The position numbers were made by a program, and so were the translations under genes. The notes beneath the pieces are model-generated. The model saw nothing but the letters and a program-made list of their open reading frames with translations. It was not told the origin of the DNA and made no database searches. A stretch of DNA of 64,000 nucleotides from the NCBI GenBank assembly GCA_964539595.1, contig CAZIJT010000001.1, positions 4,142 to 68,141 of the forward strand, read 5' to 3'. The stretch is from an uncultured Thiohalophilus sp. (GTDB taxonomy: Bacteria > Pseudomonadota > Gammaproteobacteria > UBA6429 > Thiohalophilaceae). Below, piece by piece: positions 35,565-47,247 of this stretch; positions within the stretch are counted from its first letter, which is position 1, and every line of letters starts with the position of its first letter.

Positions 35565-35717
35565 TTATGGCGCAACGGGTAAGGTGACGATTTCCATAAT
35601 TCCCCAAACAGTATAAAAAACTGTCGGCATTGCTACGCCAATAAATAGCAGCAAAAAGGGATTATCTATCAAGGATTGCATCGCGGGGATGCGTTCGTCT
35701 TCATTATTATCTGACAT
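35565..35717 (-). CDS. 50-aa single-TM protein, first gene of the oxidase operon (possible small oxidase subunit)
   Basis: Below the ORF-track cutoff. My translation is MSDNNEDERIPAMQSLIDNPFLLLFIGVAMPTVFYTVWGIMEIVTLPVAP. It has a GGAG RBS. Its stop lies 32 nt upstream of the subunit II start. Confidence 0.5.
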   Translation of the reverse strand: MSDNNEDERIPAMQSLIDNPFLLLFIGVAMPTVFYTVWGIMEIVTLPVAP

Positions 35718-35863
35718 AATGGTGGGCTCCTGTTGGTTCAGTATTCAGCAACGATGTGTTGTTATCATTTTTAGTAATATTTGACGCGGATCCGGCAAGT
35801 ATTACGATTGTTATCAATTTTTCTAGCTTCGCAATATTACATACTGTAATTAGGCAGGCAACT

Positions 35864-35877
35864 TTGACCTAAATCAA
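35864..35877. promoter_or_regulatory. FNR/DNR-type box TTGACCTAAATCAA in the divergent oxidase / ctaA promoter region
   Basis: It matches TTGAT-N4-ATCAA. It lies 147 bp upstream of the small-protein start (35717) and 199 bp upstream of ctaA (36076). Confidence 0.6.
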
Positions 35878-36075
35878 TTTAGATAGCTTAATACCTGATT
35901 TTTTTAATCAGGGACTCAATATCCCCCTTATTTGTCCACTCAAAACGCAAGGAGAATAAGGCCGGTTAGCGATCACGTTTCAAACAAAAACTAGCGCGTT
36001 TCCAAATGCATGCCCCATCTGATAGTATTTTGGCCGTTTTATCTGCAACACGTCAAATGGGAGCTACGCACGACA

Positions 36076-37116
36076 ATGACATTACCCAATCATCAACAAA
36101 AAGCTATCGCCATCTGGCTTTTTATCTGTTGCGCCACCATTTTTGCCATGGTCATACTCGGCGGCGTTACCCGATTAACAGGGTCTGGACTTTCTATGGT
36201 CGAATGGGAACCCCTCATGGGCATCCTGCCTCCCCTCAGTCACGCACAATGGCAAGATACATTTTCTCTCTACCAACAATTTCCTGAATTCAAGTTACGT
36301 AATTACAGCATGAATCTTGAAGAATTCAAGTCTATTTTCTGGTTTGAATATTCCCACCGTCTTTTAGGCCGCGCAATCGGTCTGATCTTTATCATTCCCC
36401 TGTTGTATTTCATCATCGCAGGCAAAATCAAAAAATCTCTGATTCCCAAACTGGTAGGCATGTTTGTACTGGGTGGCCTACAGGGGCTAATGGGCTGGTA
36501 CATGGTAAAAAGTGGGCTGGTGCAGGATCCACACGTCAGCCAATATCGACTAACCGCTCATCTGGCGCTGGCTTTTATTGTCTACGCCTATATTTTCTGG
36601 GTCGCTCTGGATTTATTTTTCGCCCCCCAGAATAACCCTGGCAAAACGATAACCGACGGACTCAAGCGATTCTCCCTGTTGCTCACCGTGTTCCTCTTCA
36701 TCACCATTCTTTCTGGCGGCTTTGTTGCTGGACTCAAAGCCGGTTACGCCTTCAATACCTTCCCTTTAATGGATGGGCGACTGGTGCCTGAAAGTATTTT
36801 TGCCCTCTCGCCGGTCTGGAAGAATTTCTTTGAGAATATAGCCACGGTTCAGTTTGATCATCGACTAATGGCAACCCTGCTGTTTATTATTGTGCCGCTA
36901 TTCTGGCTGAGTGCCCTACGTCAGGATATTCCGGCAAGAGCCCGGATCGGCGTGCACTTGCTCCTGGCTATGCTCGGTATCCAGATTACCCTGGGAATTT
37001 CGACCCTGCTATTATATGTTCCGGTGCCACTGGCCGCTGCTCATCAGGGTGGCGCACTCACACTGTTCACCATCATGCTGTTCGTCAGCCATGAATTGAG
37101 GCGCACGCCAAACTGA
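36076..37116 (+). CDS. ctaA: heme A synthase (COX15/CtaA)
   Basis: I preferred the internal start MTLPNHQQKA. It has the GG.TRL..SGLSM..W block and conserved His residues in eight TM helices (EYSHR, FDHR). Confidence 0.85.
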   Translation: MTLPNHQQKAIAIWLFICCATIFAMVILGGVTRLTGSGLSMVEWEPLMGILPPLSHAQWQDTFSLYQQFPEFKLRNYSMNLEEFKSIFWFEYSHRLLGRAIGLIFIIPLLYFIIAGKIKKSLIPKLVGMFVLGGLQGLMGWYMVKSGLVQDPHVSQYRLTAHLALAFIVYAYIFWVALDLFFAPQNNPGKTITDGLKRFSLLLTVFLFITILSGGFVAGLKAGYAFNTFPLMDGRLVPESIFALSPVWKNFFENIATVQFDHRLMATLLFIIVPLFWLSALRQDIPARARIGVHLLLAMLGIQITLGISTLLLYVPVPLAAAHQGGALTLFTIMLFVSHELRRTPN

Positions 37117-37192
37117 ATAATACAACCGCAGATAAAAACAGGGATAATAAACAGCCCCGCTGCAAGCAACGGGGAATAAAACCTAATCGAGA

Positions 37193-37876
37193 TTAAAGCA
37201 GCTCGCGCAAGCCATCCACATCCAGCAAGCTAATGTCATTGCCATGCACGTCAATCAGGCCATTCCGGGATAGACGGGTGAGGATGCGGGAGAAGGTCTC
37301 TGGCTGAATAGCCAAACGCGATGCGACCACACTCTTGGGCGTGGTTAGGTGAATTTCAGATAGCTCGACAACATCGGTAGGCAATTGATCCAGCAGAAAA
37401 ACCACCAATCGATAGGTGGCGTTATGTAAGGTCAGATTATTAATCTCACCAATCCGTGAATGCAGCCGCCGACTCATCCCGGCCATCAGATGGAAACAGG
37501 TTTCAGTCGACTGCTCCAGTATTTCCTTAAAAATCTGCATACTGAAACTGATCACCTCAGTTTTCTTAATCGCCTCAGCACTTAATGGGTAAACATGCTT
37601 CTGCATGAAAATGATGGCTTCAGCAAAGGTCTCCGCAGGATGGATAATTTCCATGACCTTTTCATCGCCCCCCGCCGAAATGCAGTACAATTTTATCTGC
37701 CCGGATTTTAATAGATAAAATCGTTGTGCCGGCTGACCCGCTTCGAACAAACTTTCCCTTGCCGCCAGACTGATCGAGGTTGAAGATTGCAACATTTTCG
37801 CCATCTGCCTGTCATCCAGCATCTCAAACAGATACACCTCTTTTAACTGTGCAGCAAGCGCCTGCTCTGGCTTCAT
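37193..37876 (-). CDS. Crp/Fnr family transcription factor lacking the FNR Cys cluster (Dnr/NnrR-like)
   Basis: It has a cNMP-binding-like beta-roll and a C-terminal HTH with recognition helix ETFSRIL (the E--SR type, which reads TTGAT). There is no N-terminal Cys motif. Confidence 0.8.
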   Translation of the reverse strand: MKPEQALAAQLKEVYLFEMLDDRQMAKMLQSSTSISLAARESLFEAGQPAQRFYLLKSGQIKLYCISAGGDEKVMEIIHPAETFAEAIIFMQKHVYPLSAEAIKKTEVISFSMQIFKEILEQSTETCFHLMAGMSRRLHSRIGEINNLTLHNATYRLVVFLLDQLPTDVVELSEIHLTTPKSVVASRLAIQPETFSRILTRLSRNGLIDVHGNDISLLDVDGLRELL

Positions 37877-37978
37877 GTGTAACCCTCAATTAATGCACCT
37901 GTTTACTCAGGCAGTATTTCATAAGACGCCATATTAGTGAAAACCCACATAAAAGCAAGCCAGAATAAACAATCTCTT

Positions 37979-37992
37979 TTGACCTTGGTCAA
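37979..37992. promoter_or_regulatory. FNR/DNR-type box TTGACCTTGGTCAA between the regulator gene and the hemerythrin operon
   Basis: Perfect palindrome TTGAC-N4-GTCAA in the divergent intergenic region. Confidence 0.55.
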
Positions 37993-38080
37993 CGACGATT
38001 CTCACTTATTTCAATAACAATGATATACCAAAAATTTGGGTCTATCGGTCTTAAATTTTATAGTCAAGTTAAGGATACAG

Positions 38081-38338
38081 GTGAAAATACAACTTATCAT
38101 AGCGGGACAGACAGAACTGTCACGAGCCACGAAAAACATATGGCAGACAATATGTGAGGAACAAGGTCTGTCGCTGGAAGTTGCCGACTCGGAAACGCCG
38201 GTGGGTCAATCACTGGTCGAAGAACTGGCACTACGCACCCTGCCCGCACTAGTGGTTGATGGAAAAGTTGTTGCTGTCGGCCAACCAGACAAAATCTCTG
38301 CGAAAAAAATTCTACTCCCCTTTTCAGAAAAAGCCTGA
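38081..38338 (+). CDS. small thioredoxin-fold protein without the CxxC motif
   Basis: GTG start after AAGGA. The layout resembles small thioredoxin-like proteins (KIQLI..., LPALVVDGKVVAVG), but AGQTELS occupies the position of GxGCxxC. Confidence 0.45.
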   Translation: MKIQLIIAGQTELSRATKNIWQTICEEQGLSLEVADSETPVGQSLVEELALRTLPALVVDGKVVAVGQPDKISAKKILLPFSEKA

Positions 38339-38408
38339 TAGACACCAATTTCACTTTTTAACTCTCTATTTATAGTTCCAAACTATTAATTCAGGTTGCA
38401 ATACCACT

Positions 38409-38825
38409 ATGAGTAATAATAAACCCTTAATCGAATGGCATAACGATAGCCTCTCAGTTGGCATCACCAAAATGGATGATACTCACAAGGAGTTTATTGA
38501 TTTAATCAATCGACTGGGACAAGCTCCCGATGAACAATTTCCCGAATTGTTCAATACGCTGATTGAACATACACAGCAACACTTTCAAAGTGAAGATGCC
38601 GCCATGGAAAAATCCGGGTTTCCACCCAAATTTATCCATCGTAATGAACACTACCGAATTCTGGATGAGCTTAAACAGCTTGCCAGCACTATGGGTAACG
38701 GTAATATCAGCGCGGCAAAAGCCTTTGTCTGCAATTACCTGCCTGAATGGTTTCCCATGCATGCGGCAACCATGGATCGCGCGCTGGCGCATCATTTGAA
38801 AGCATCCGGCATGGACGGAGATTGA
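38409..38825 (+). CDS. bacteriohemerythrin
   Basis: 138 aa. It has W.....VG....D..H...I and then H-x3-E and H-x3-H-x4-D type ligand blocks (HFQSED, HRNEH, WFPMHAATMD). Confidence 0.85.
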   Translation: MSNNKPLIEWHNDSLSVGITKMDDTHKEFIDLINRLGQAPDEQFPELFNTLIEHTQQHFQSEDAAMEKSGFPPKFIHRNEHYRILDELKQLASTMGNGNISAAKAFVCNYLPEWFPMHAATMDRALAHHLKASGMDGD

Positions 38826-38930
38826 ATATCTAAGGAGTAGATACCGCTCATCATTGTTCCGAGCTATAATCAACCTCCGAACTAAATTAAGTCTTACTCG
38901 CACCCTTATGTATTACCGGAGAAATATGCA

Positions 38931-39692
38931 ATGACAACTCGGCATACCTGTTTCTATAGCCTGCCCCTGATAGTCGCAAGCCTGCTTTTCCTGCAAGCCT
39001 GTCAACGTGATGACGCTGAAAAGCAGGCAACGGCCAGCCCTTCAACACCAGTGCAGACCGCGCCTTCGCACACTGCAACGCCTAAAGCAGGCCAGGTTCA
39101 TGGCAAAGTAATCGATATTATTGAAGCCGCCGGTTATACCTATGTGCAGGTCGATACTGGCAGCAGCCAACTCTGGGCAGCCGGCCCCAGCACGCCGTTT
39201 AACAAAGGTGATATGGTTGCCTTCGACACCGGCATGCCGATGAATAATTTTCACAGCAAGTCACTGAATCGAGATTTCAACCTTCTTTATTTTGTCGATG
39301 CATTTAAAACCGATAAAGGTGCTGCTCAGCCTCGCATGCCTGAACCTCATGGCAAACTTGCTGAACCCCCACAGACCGTACCAATAGCCAACATCAGCAA
39401 AGCCAACAATGGACAAACCATTGCCGACATTTATACCAACAAAGATGCACTGGCCGACAAAGCTGTCAAAGTGCGTGGCAAGGTGGTGAAATTTACTGGC
39501 GGCGTACTAGGCAAAAACTGGATTCATATTAAAGACAGCAGCAGCGGCACAGATCTAACCATAACCACCGACGGTGTAGCAAAAAGCGGCGACATCGTAC
39601 TGGTTGAAGGCAAGCTGGGAAGAAATAGAGATTTTGGTTACGGCTACCTCTATGATGTCATTGTTGAAGAGGCCAAAGTGACGGTGGAATAG
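38931..39692 (+). CDS. lipoprotein with two related beta-rich (OB-like) halves (hypothetical)
   Basis: Lipobox LLFLQAC. It shows an internal duplication: GKVIDIIEAAGYTYVQV versus GKVVKFTGGVLGKNWIHI. Confidence 0.5.
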   Translation: MTTRHTCFYSLPLIVASLLFLQACQRDDAEKQATASPSTPVQTAPSHTATPKAGQVHGKVIDIIEAAGYTYVQVDTGSSQLWAAGPSTPFNKGDMVAFDTGMPMNNFHSKSLNRDFNLLYFVDAFKTDKGAAQPRMPEPHGKLAEPPQTVPIANISKANNGQTIADIYTNKDALADKAVKVRGKVVKFTGGVLGKNWIHIKDSSSGTDLTITTDGVAKSGDIVLVEGKLGRNRDFGYGYLYDVIVEEAKVTVE

Positions 39693-39720
39693 TTCATTTC
39701 AACACAGAGGACACCATCCT

Positions 39721-39873
39721 CGTAGGTTGGGCTGAGCCATGATCTTAATGGTGAAGCCCAACCAATAAACTTCCCCGTAGCAAGCTGACGAGGTATGAGT
39801 GGTAGGTTCGCCTTCAGGCGAACATGTGCGACCCACCTGTGCCCGCAGGGTAGAAGCCCCACCTACGCGGTGC
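39721..39873. repeat. cluster of REP-like palindromes
   Basis: It contains GTTGGGCT...AGCCCAAC, GGTATGAGTGGTAGGTTCGCCTTCAGGCGAAC, and GTGCCCGCAGGGTAGAAGCCCCACCTAC. It shares blocks with the elements at 58696 and 63381. Confidence 0.75.
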
Positions 39874-39894
39874 GATTTAAAAAAATCTTTCCAA

Positions 39895-43599
<3,705 letters not shown>

Positions 43600-43687
43600 G
43601 CTGCCATCTTTGCCGTAGCGTTTCTATTATAAAGGCGCGGATTTTAGCACGTCATTCCTAAATCGGGTATTTTCAAGCAGGGCACAA

Positions 43688-43715
43688 ATAAAAAACCCCG
43701 CAGCACGCTGCGGGG
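43688..43715 (-). terminator. Rho-independent terminator downstream of the large secreted protein gene
   Basis: The minus strand reads CCCCGCAGC-GTGC-TGCGGGG followed by TTTTTTATTT. Confidence 0.8.
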
Positions 43716-43746
43716 TAATGAGTACACGCTATGACACACCCTGTTT

Positions 43747-46512
43747 TTATTGTGTGCTATAGCGCCATACGGCGCTGGGGGTTTCACCGCCGTTACCATC
43801 TTTTGCCACAATTGCCCAATAATAGGTGGTATCTGCATTAAGCCCCGACACCCGGTAGGTCTTGTAACCCTCATCGCCACCCCCGCATGAAGCCAGCAAG
43901 GAACTCACCACAATCGCAGCAAGCAACAGCACCGTTTGACGTCGGTTTCTCAAGCCCCCGGCAAAGGTAATCCCCAGCAAAATAAAGCCGCTGCCCAGCC
44001 CCAGACTTGCGTAGGAAACACCGGCATCCTGCTGCTGATTCAATGAAGCCACTTCAGTCAGGGGGCTGCAATTATTTAGCGGATCACTATCGGTACAGTT
44101 ATAGACGTCATAGCGAACCGCATCGCCGTCCGGATCAGTGGCCGGGTTCCATTCCAGTAACACCGAGCTTCCCAGTCCCTGTCGTCCGTTCACGGGGGCA
44201 ACAAGTCCCGGACTCGACGGAGGATTATTCACACCGGCGGCAACACCTGTCGCACTGACATTGACCGTAACGGAACTTTCGTCAGGATCATTGGAGGGAA
44301 TGTCAAAGCTGTCATTGAAGATCCCCGCCGCCGTGGGTGCGAAGCGAACCACCAGCGTACAACTGGCTGCTGCCGCCAGCGTTTGCCCTGAACAATTATC
44401 GTTGATCACACTGAAAGGCGTCGCCAGAACATTGGCCTGAGCAACATTACCAATAACAAGATCGGCATTACCATCATTAGTGATCGTGACGGTTTGATCC
44501 GAGCTTCCCGCAACGGTTAGGTCAGTAAAGGGTATCTGCAAATCATTTGCAGGCGCTATCTGATCTGTGACTGTAATATCGGCTACCGGTATCGATGTAC
44601 CCGTTCCGCCAAGATTAAATGTCACTGACGCTTCATCCGAGTCGTTGGATGGAATGTCAAAGCTATCACTAAATGCTCCCGCCGTAACCGGTGCAAAGCG
44701 CACAGTAACGGTACAACTGGCCGCAGCGACAACTGTTTGTGACGAACAATTATCAGCAAAGATACTAAATGGGCTAGCCAGCGTATCAAGCATCGCCAAA
44801 TCACCCATGACAAGATCAGCATTACCAAGGTTGCTTATAGTGATAGTCTGATCTGATGTTGTTGCTTCCGTTACATTACCAAAGTCTGTAGCAAGATCAT
44901 CTACAGGTGCGATAGAATCAGTAACGCTAATATCCGGCACCGTTAGCCCGATACCTATACCACTAATATAAATCGTTACTGGGTTTTCATCCGGATCGTC
45001 AGAGGGGATATCAAAGCTGTCGCTAAAGGTCCCCGTAGAGGTCGGTGAAAATCTTACCGTTAGCATGCAGTTGGCCGCCGGTGTCAACACCTGGCTCGAG
45101 CAGGTATCGGTCTCGATAGTGAACGGTGCTGCCAGCGCATCTGCATCAGGGATATTACCAAGAGTCAGATCGGCATTGCCATCATTGGTGATAGTTACGG
45201 TCTGATCAGCGCTGGCTAGCTCAGTAACATCGCCAAAGGCCACCACAAGGTCTGTGGCAGGAACCACCGAGTCTGTGACAGTGATATCTGAAGCCGGAAG
45301 CACAGTGGCAGTGTATGTATAAATATAGGCAGCGCCGGTACTTGCTTCGACGCCATTGGCCCCATTGGCCCCGACTATTATCGTGTCACCATCGATCGAA
45401 ACTGAATAACCGAATTGGTAAAATGCCCCACCATCAGAGGCCAGCAATTCCTGCGGAGTCCAGACTCCGGTAGATGGGTCACGTACAAAGGCGTAGGCGG
45501 CACCCGCGTAAAGGGCAGGTTCACCATTGCGGTATGCACCAACTATTGCTATGTCAGTACCAATTGAAACAGCACTGCCAAAATTGTAATGAGCCACAGC
45601 AGAAGGCTGCAGAAGCCTCTGTCTTTCTGTCCATTCACCAGTCGTTGGATTACGTTCAAAGATATAGGCAGAGCCATAGGAGGTGATATAGGGTGCCCCT
45701 GTTATTGCAATATCACCCCGAATCGAAACATAATTACCGACATAGACTGAAGTATTGGCAAGAATAAGATTTGACTCATCCCAATTGCCAGTAACAGAAT
45801 TATATTCGTATGTATAGGTGGTGGCCCCTAAAACACCGGCACCTACCAGCGCGGTGCCCCCATCAATTGCCACCATGGAACCGAAGTAATCATTAACTAC
45901 GCCATCAGAGGGTGCTAGCTTTTCCTGCTCTGTCCATGCGCCCGTGGCGGGGTCACGCACAAATATATAGGCATAACCAGTGCTTGATGTAATCCCTGTA
46001 GGCCAGGGAGACCCAACAATCACCCTGTCACCGCTGATGGCTACTGACCGGCCAAAATAATCATAAGCCGCACCATCAGAGGCCAGCAGCTTTTGCTGTA
46101 GTGCCCAAACTCCTGTGGATGGGTTGCGTACGAAGACATAGGCTGAGCCGGTACTGGTCCCAGCGTCATCATCCATTCCGGCTCCAATGATTGCCGTGTC
46201 GCCGCTGATTGATACAGAGACTCCAAAATTATCCTGGAAAGCACCATCAGCAGCCCGCAGCTTCTGTTGCTGTGTCCACATGTTGTTCACAGGATCACGC
46301 ACGAAGATATAGGCAGAACCATTCGAGTCGTTGGATCGTGCCCCAACTATTGCCGTATTACCACTAATCGAAACAGATTCACCAAAATCGTCACCGTTCG
46401 CACTATCATCGGCTATGAGCTTTATCTCATCAGCAAAATCCGCATGAACAATGGTCGGCATGGACATGATAAATATGGCCATCATAAAAACTGAGATCAT
46501 TTGCTTAATCAT
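43747..46512 (-). CDS. large secreted protein: FG-GAP-like beta-propeller repeats + three choice-of-anchor-D-like modules + FN3-like C-terminus
   Basis: I used the start MIKQMISVFMMAIFIMSMPTIVHA, which has an AAGGAG RBS. There are about 8-9 repeats of FG.SV.I.G.T.IVGA....GSAY.F. Three 118-aa modules end in DSFDIPS(D/N)D, and the DNA period is exactly 354 bp. Confidence 0.8.
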   Translation of the reverse strand: MIKQMISVFMMAIFIMSMPTIVHADFADEIKLIADDSANGDDFGESVSISGNTAIVGARSNDSNGSAYIFVRDPVNNMWTQQQKLRAADGAFQDNFGVSVSISGDTAIIGAGMDDDAGTSTGSAYVFVRNPSTGVWALQQKLLASDGAAYDYFGRSVAISGDRVIVGSPWPTGITSSTGYAYIFVRDPATGAWTEQEKLAPSDGVVNDYFGSMVAIDGGTALVGAGVLGATTYTYEYNSVTGNWDESNLILANTSVYVGNYVSIRGDIAITGAPYITSYGSAYIFERNPTTGEWTERQRLLQPSAVAHYNFGSAVSIGTDIAIVGAYRNGEPALYAGAAYAFVRDPSTGVWTPQELLASDGGAFYQFGYSVSIDGDTIIVGANGANGVEASTGAAYIYTYTATVLPASDITVTDSVVPATDLVVAFGDVTELASADQTVTITNDGNADLTLGNIPDADALAAPFTIETDTCSSQVLTPAANCMLTVRFSPTSTGTFSDSFDIPSDDPDENPVTIYISGIGIGLTVPDISVTDSIAPVDDLATDFGNVTEATTSDQTITISNLGNADLVMGDLAMLDTLASPFSIFADNCSSQTVVAAASCTVTVRFAPVTAGAFSDSFDIPSNDSDEASVTFNLGGTGTSIPVADITVTDQIAPANDLQIPFTDLTVAGSSDQTVTITNDGNADLVIGNVAQANVLATPFSVINDNCSGQTLAAAASCTLVVRFAPTAAGIFNDSFDIPSNDPDESSVTVNVSATGVAAGVNNPPSSPGLVAPVNGRQGLGSSVLLEWNPATDPDGDAVRYDVYNCTDSDPLNNCSPLTEVASLNQQQDAGVSYASLGLGSGFILLGITFAGGLRNRRQTVLLLAAIVVSSLLASCGGGDEGYKTYRVSGLNADTTYYWAIVAKDGNGGETPSAVWRYSTQ

Positions 46513-46651
46513 GATGAATACTCCTTTTAAATTTAGATTTCTTTTTATACCCGCTGTTGTTTTAATCATGTCTCATTTCTCCTTTGCAAAATCTGCCTTA
46601 ACGCTAAGTGGCATAAACAACATTGCTAAAACGCCTGTTATTTCCCTGACG

Positions 46652-46843
46652 TCATCGTTTTTTTTTACTGAAATGATTCGCCAGATGTTTTCCTTTTAAA
46701 ATTTCCCATAACTCTTCCGGGCTGGTAAATGCATTTTGTTGCTCACTGTCCATGCCTTCTACCACCCCAACAATCTCACTCTCATGATGTTCGTCACAAG
46801 CCGATTCCTCTCGGGGGTAAATATGTATAAGAAAGCTTTTCAT
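46652..46843 (-). CDS. hypothetical small acidic protein
   Basis: 63-aa ORF with a weak RBS, between the regulator gene and the secreted protein gene. No motif recognised. Confidence 0.3.
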   Translation of the reverse strand: MKSFLIHIYPREESACDEHHESEIVGVVEGMDSEQQNAFTSPEELWEILKGKHLANHFSKKKR

Positions 46844-47026
46844 TTATGACAAACATCCTGTTGTTATGACGCGGGAACCATAGAACAGCGCTATTCGTAA
46901 CTAAAACAGTACGCCACCCAAGGTCACAAACAGGTCACAGGAATGTAAAAAGATGAAAAAAGTGAGGCGTGTTACAAATAGAAAGTGAATTACTCTGCCG
47001 CAAGCGGGCGGAGTGTGCCGTTATTG

Positions 47027-47202
47027 TAGGTACAACTTATAAGTCAGTTGTACAGGTTCGAAGCCTCTCCAGCTATATCCCTCATACCCGTTCGATTGAA
47101 ATCGAACCTACACGATGCGCCTGTAGGTACGACTTCAGTCGTACAGATCGAAGCCTCCAGCCATATTCCTCGCACCTGTTCGATTGAAATCGAACCTACA
47201 AG
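47027..47202. repeat. tandem duplication of a composite ~85-bp REP-like unit
   Basis: Unit 1 spans 47027-47113 and unit 2 spans 47124-47202. Each is GTAGGTAC-N-GTAC + A(G)NTCGAAGCCTC..CAGC.ATAT.CCTC..ACC.GTTCGATTGAAATCGAACCTACA. Confidence 0.8.
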
Positions 47203-47247
47203 TGGAGAATATATTTAGAGATATTTAAGATAAAAAATAATGGGGGG

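Noticed and set aside
38931-39692. The lipoprotein with duplicated beta-rich halves as a further copper chaperone of the nos/oxidase system.
   Set aside because: It has no Cys/Met/His-rich metal motif beyond scattered residues. Only genomic proximity supports the idea, so I left it as hypothetical.
43600-43746. Cobalamin or SAM riboswitch upstream of metH.
   Set aside because: The leader is short. I could not find the B12-box or SAM-I conserved cores. B12-dependent metH is not normally riboswitch-controlled. The only clear structure here is the terminator of the neighbouring gene.
47027-47202. Possible CRISPR array, because of repeated palindromic units.
   Set aside because: There are only two units, directly adjacent, with no unique spacers of regular length and no cas genes. 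The units belong to the dispersed REP family seen elsewhere in the window.
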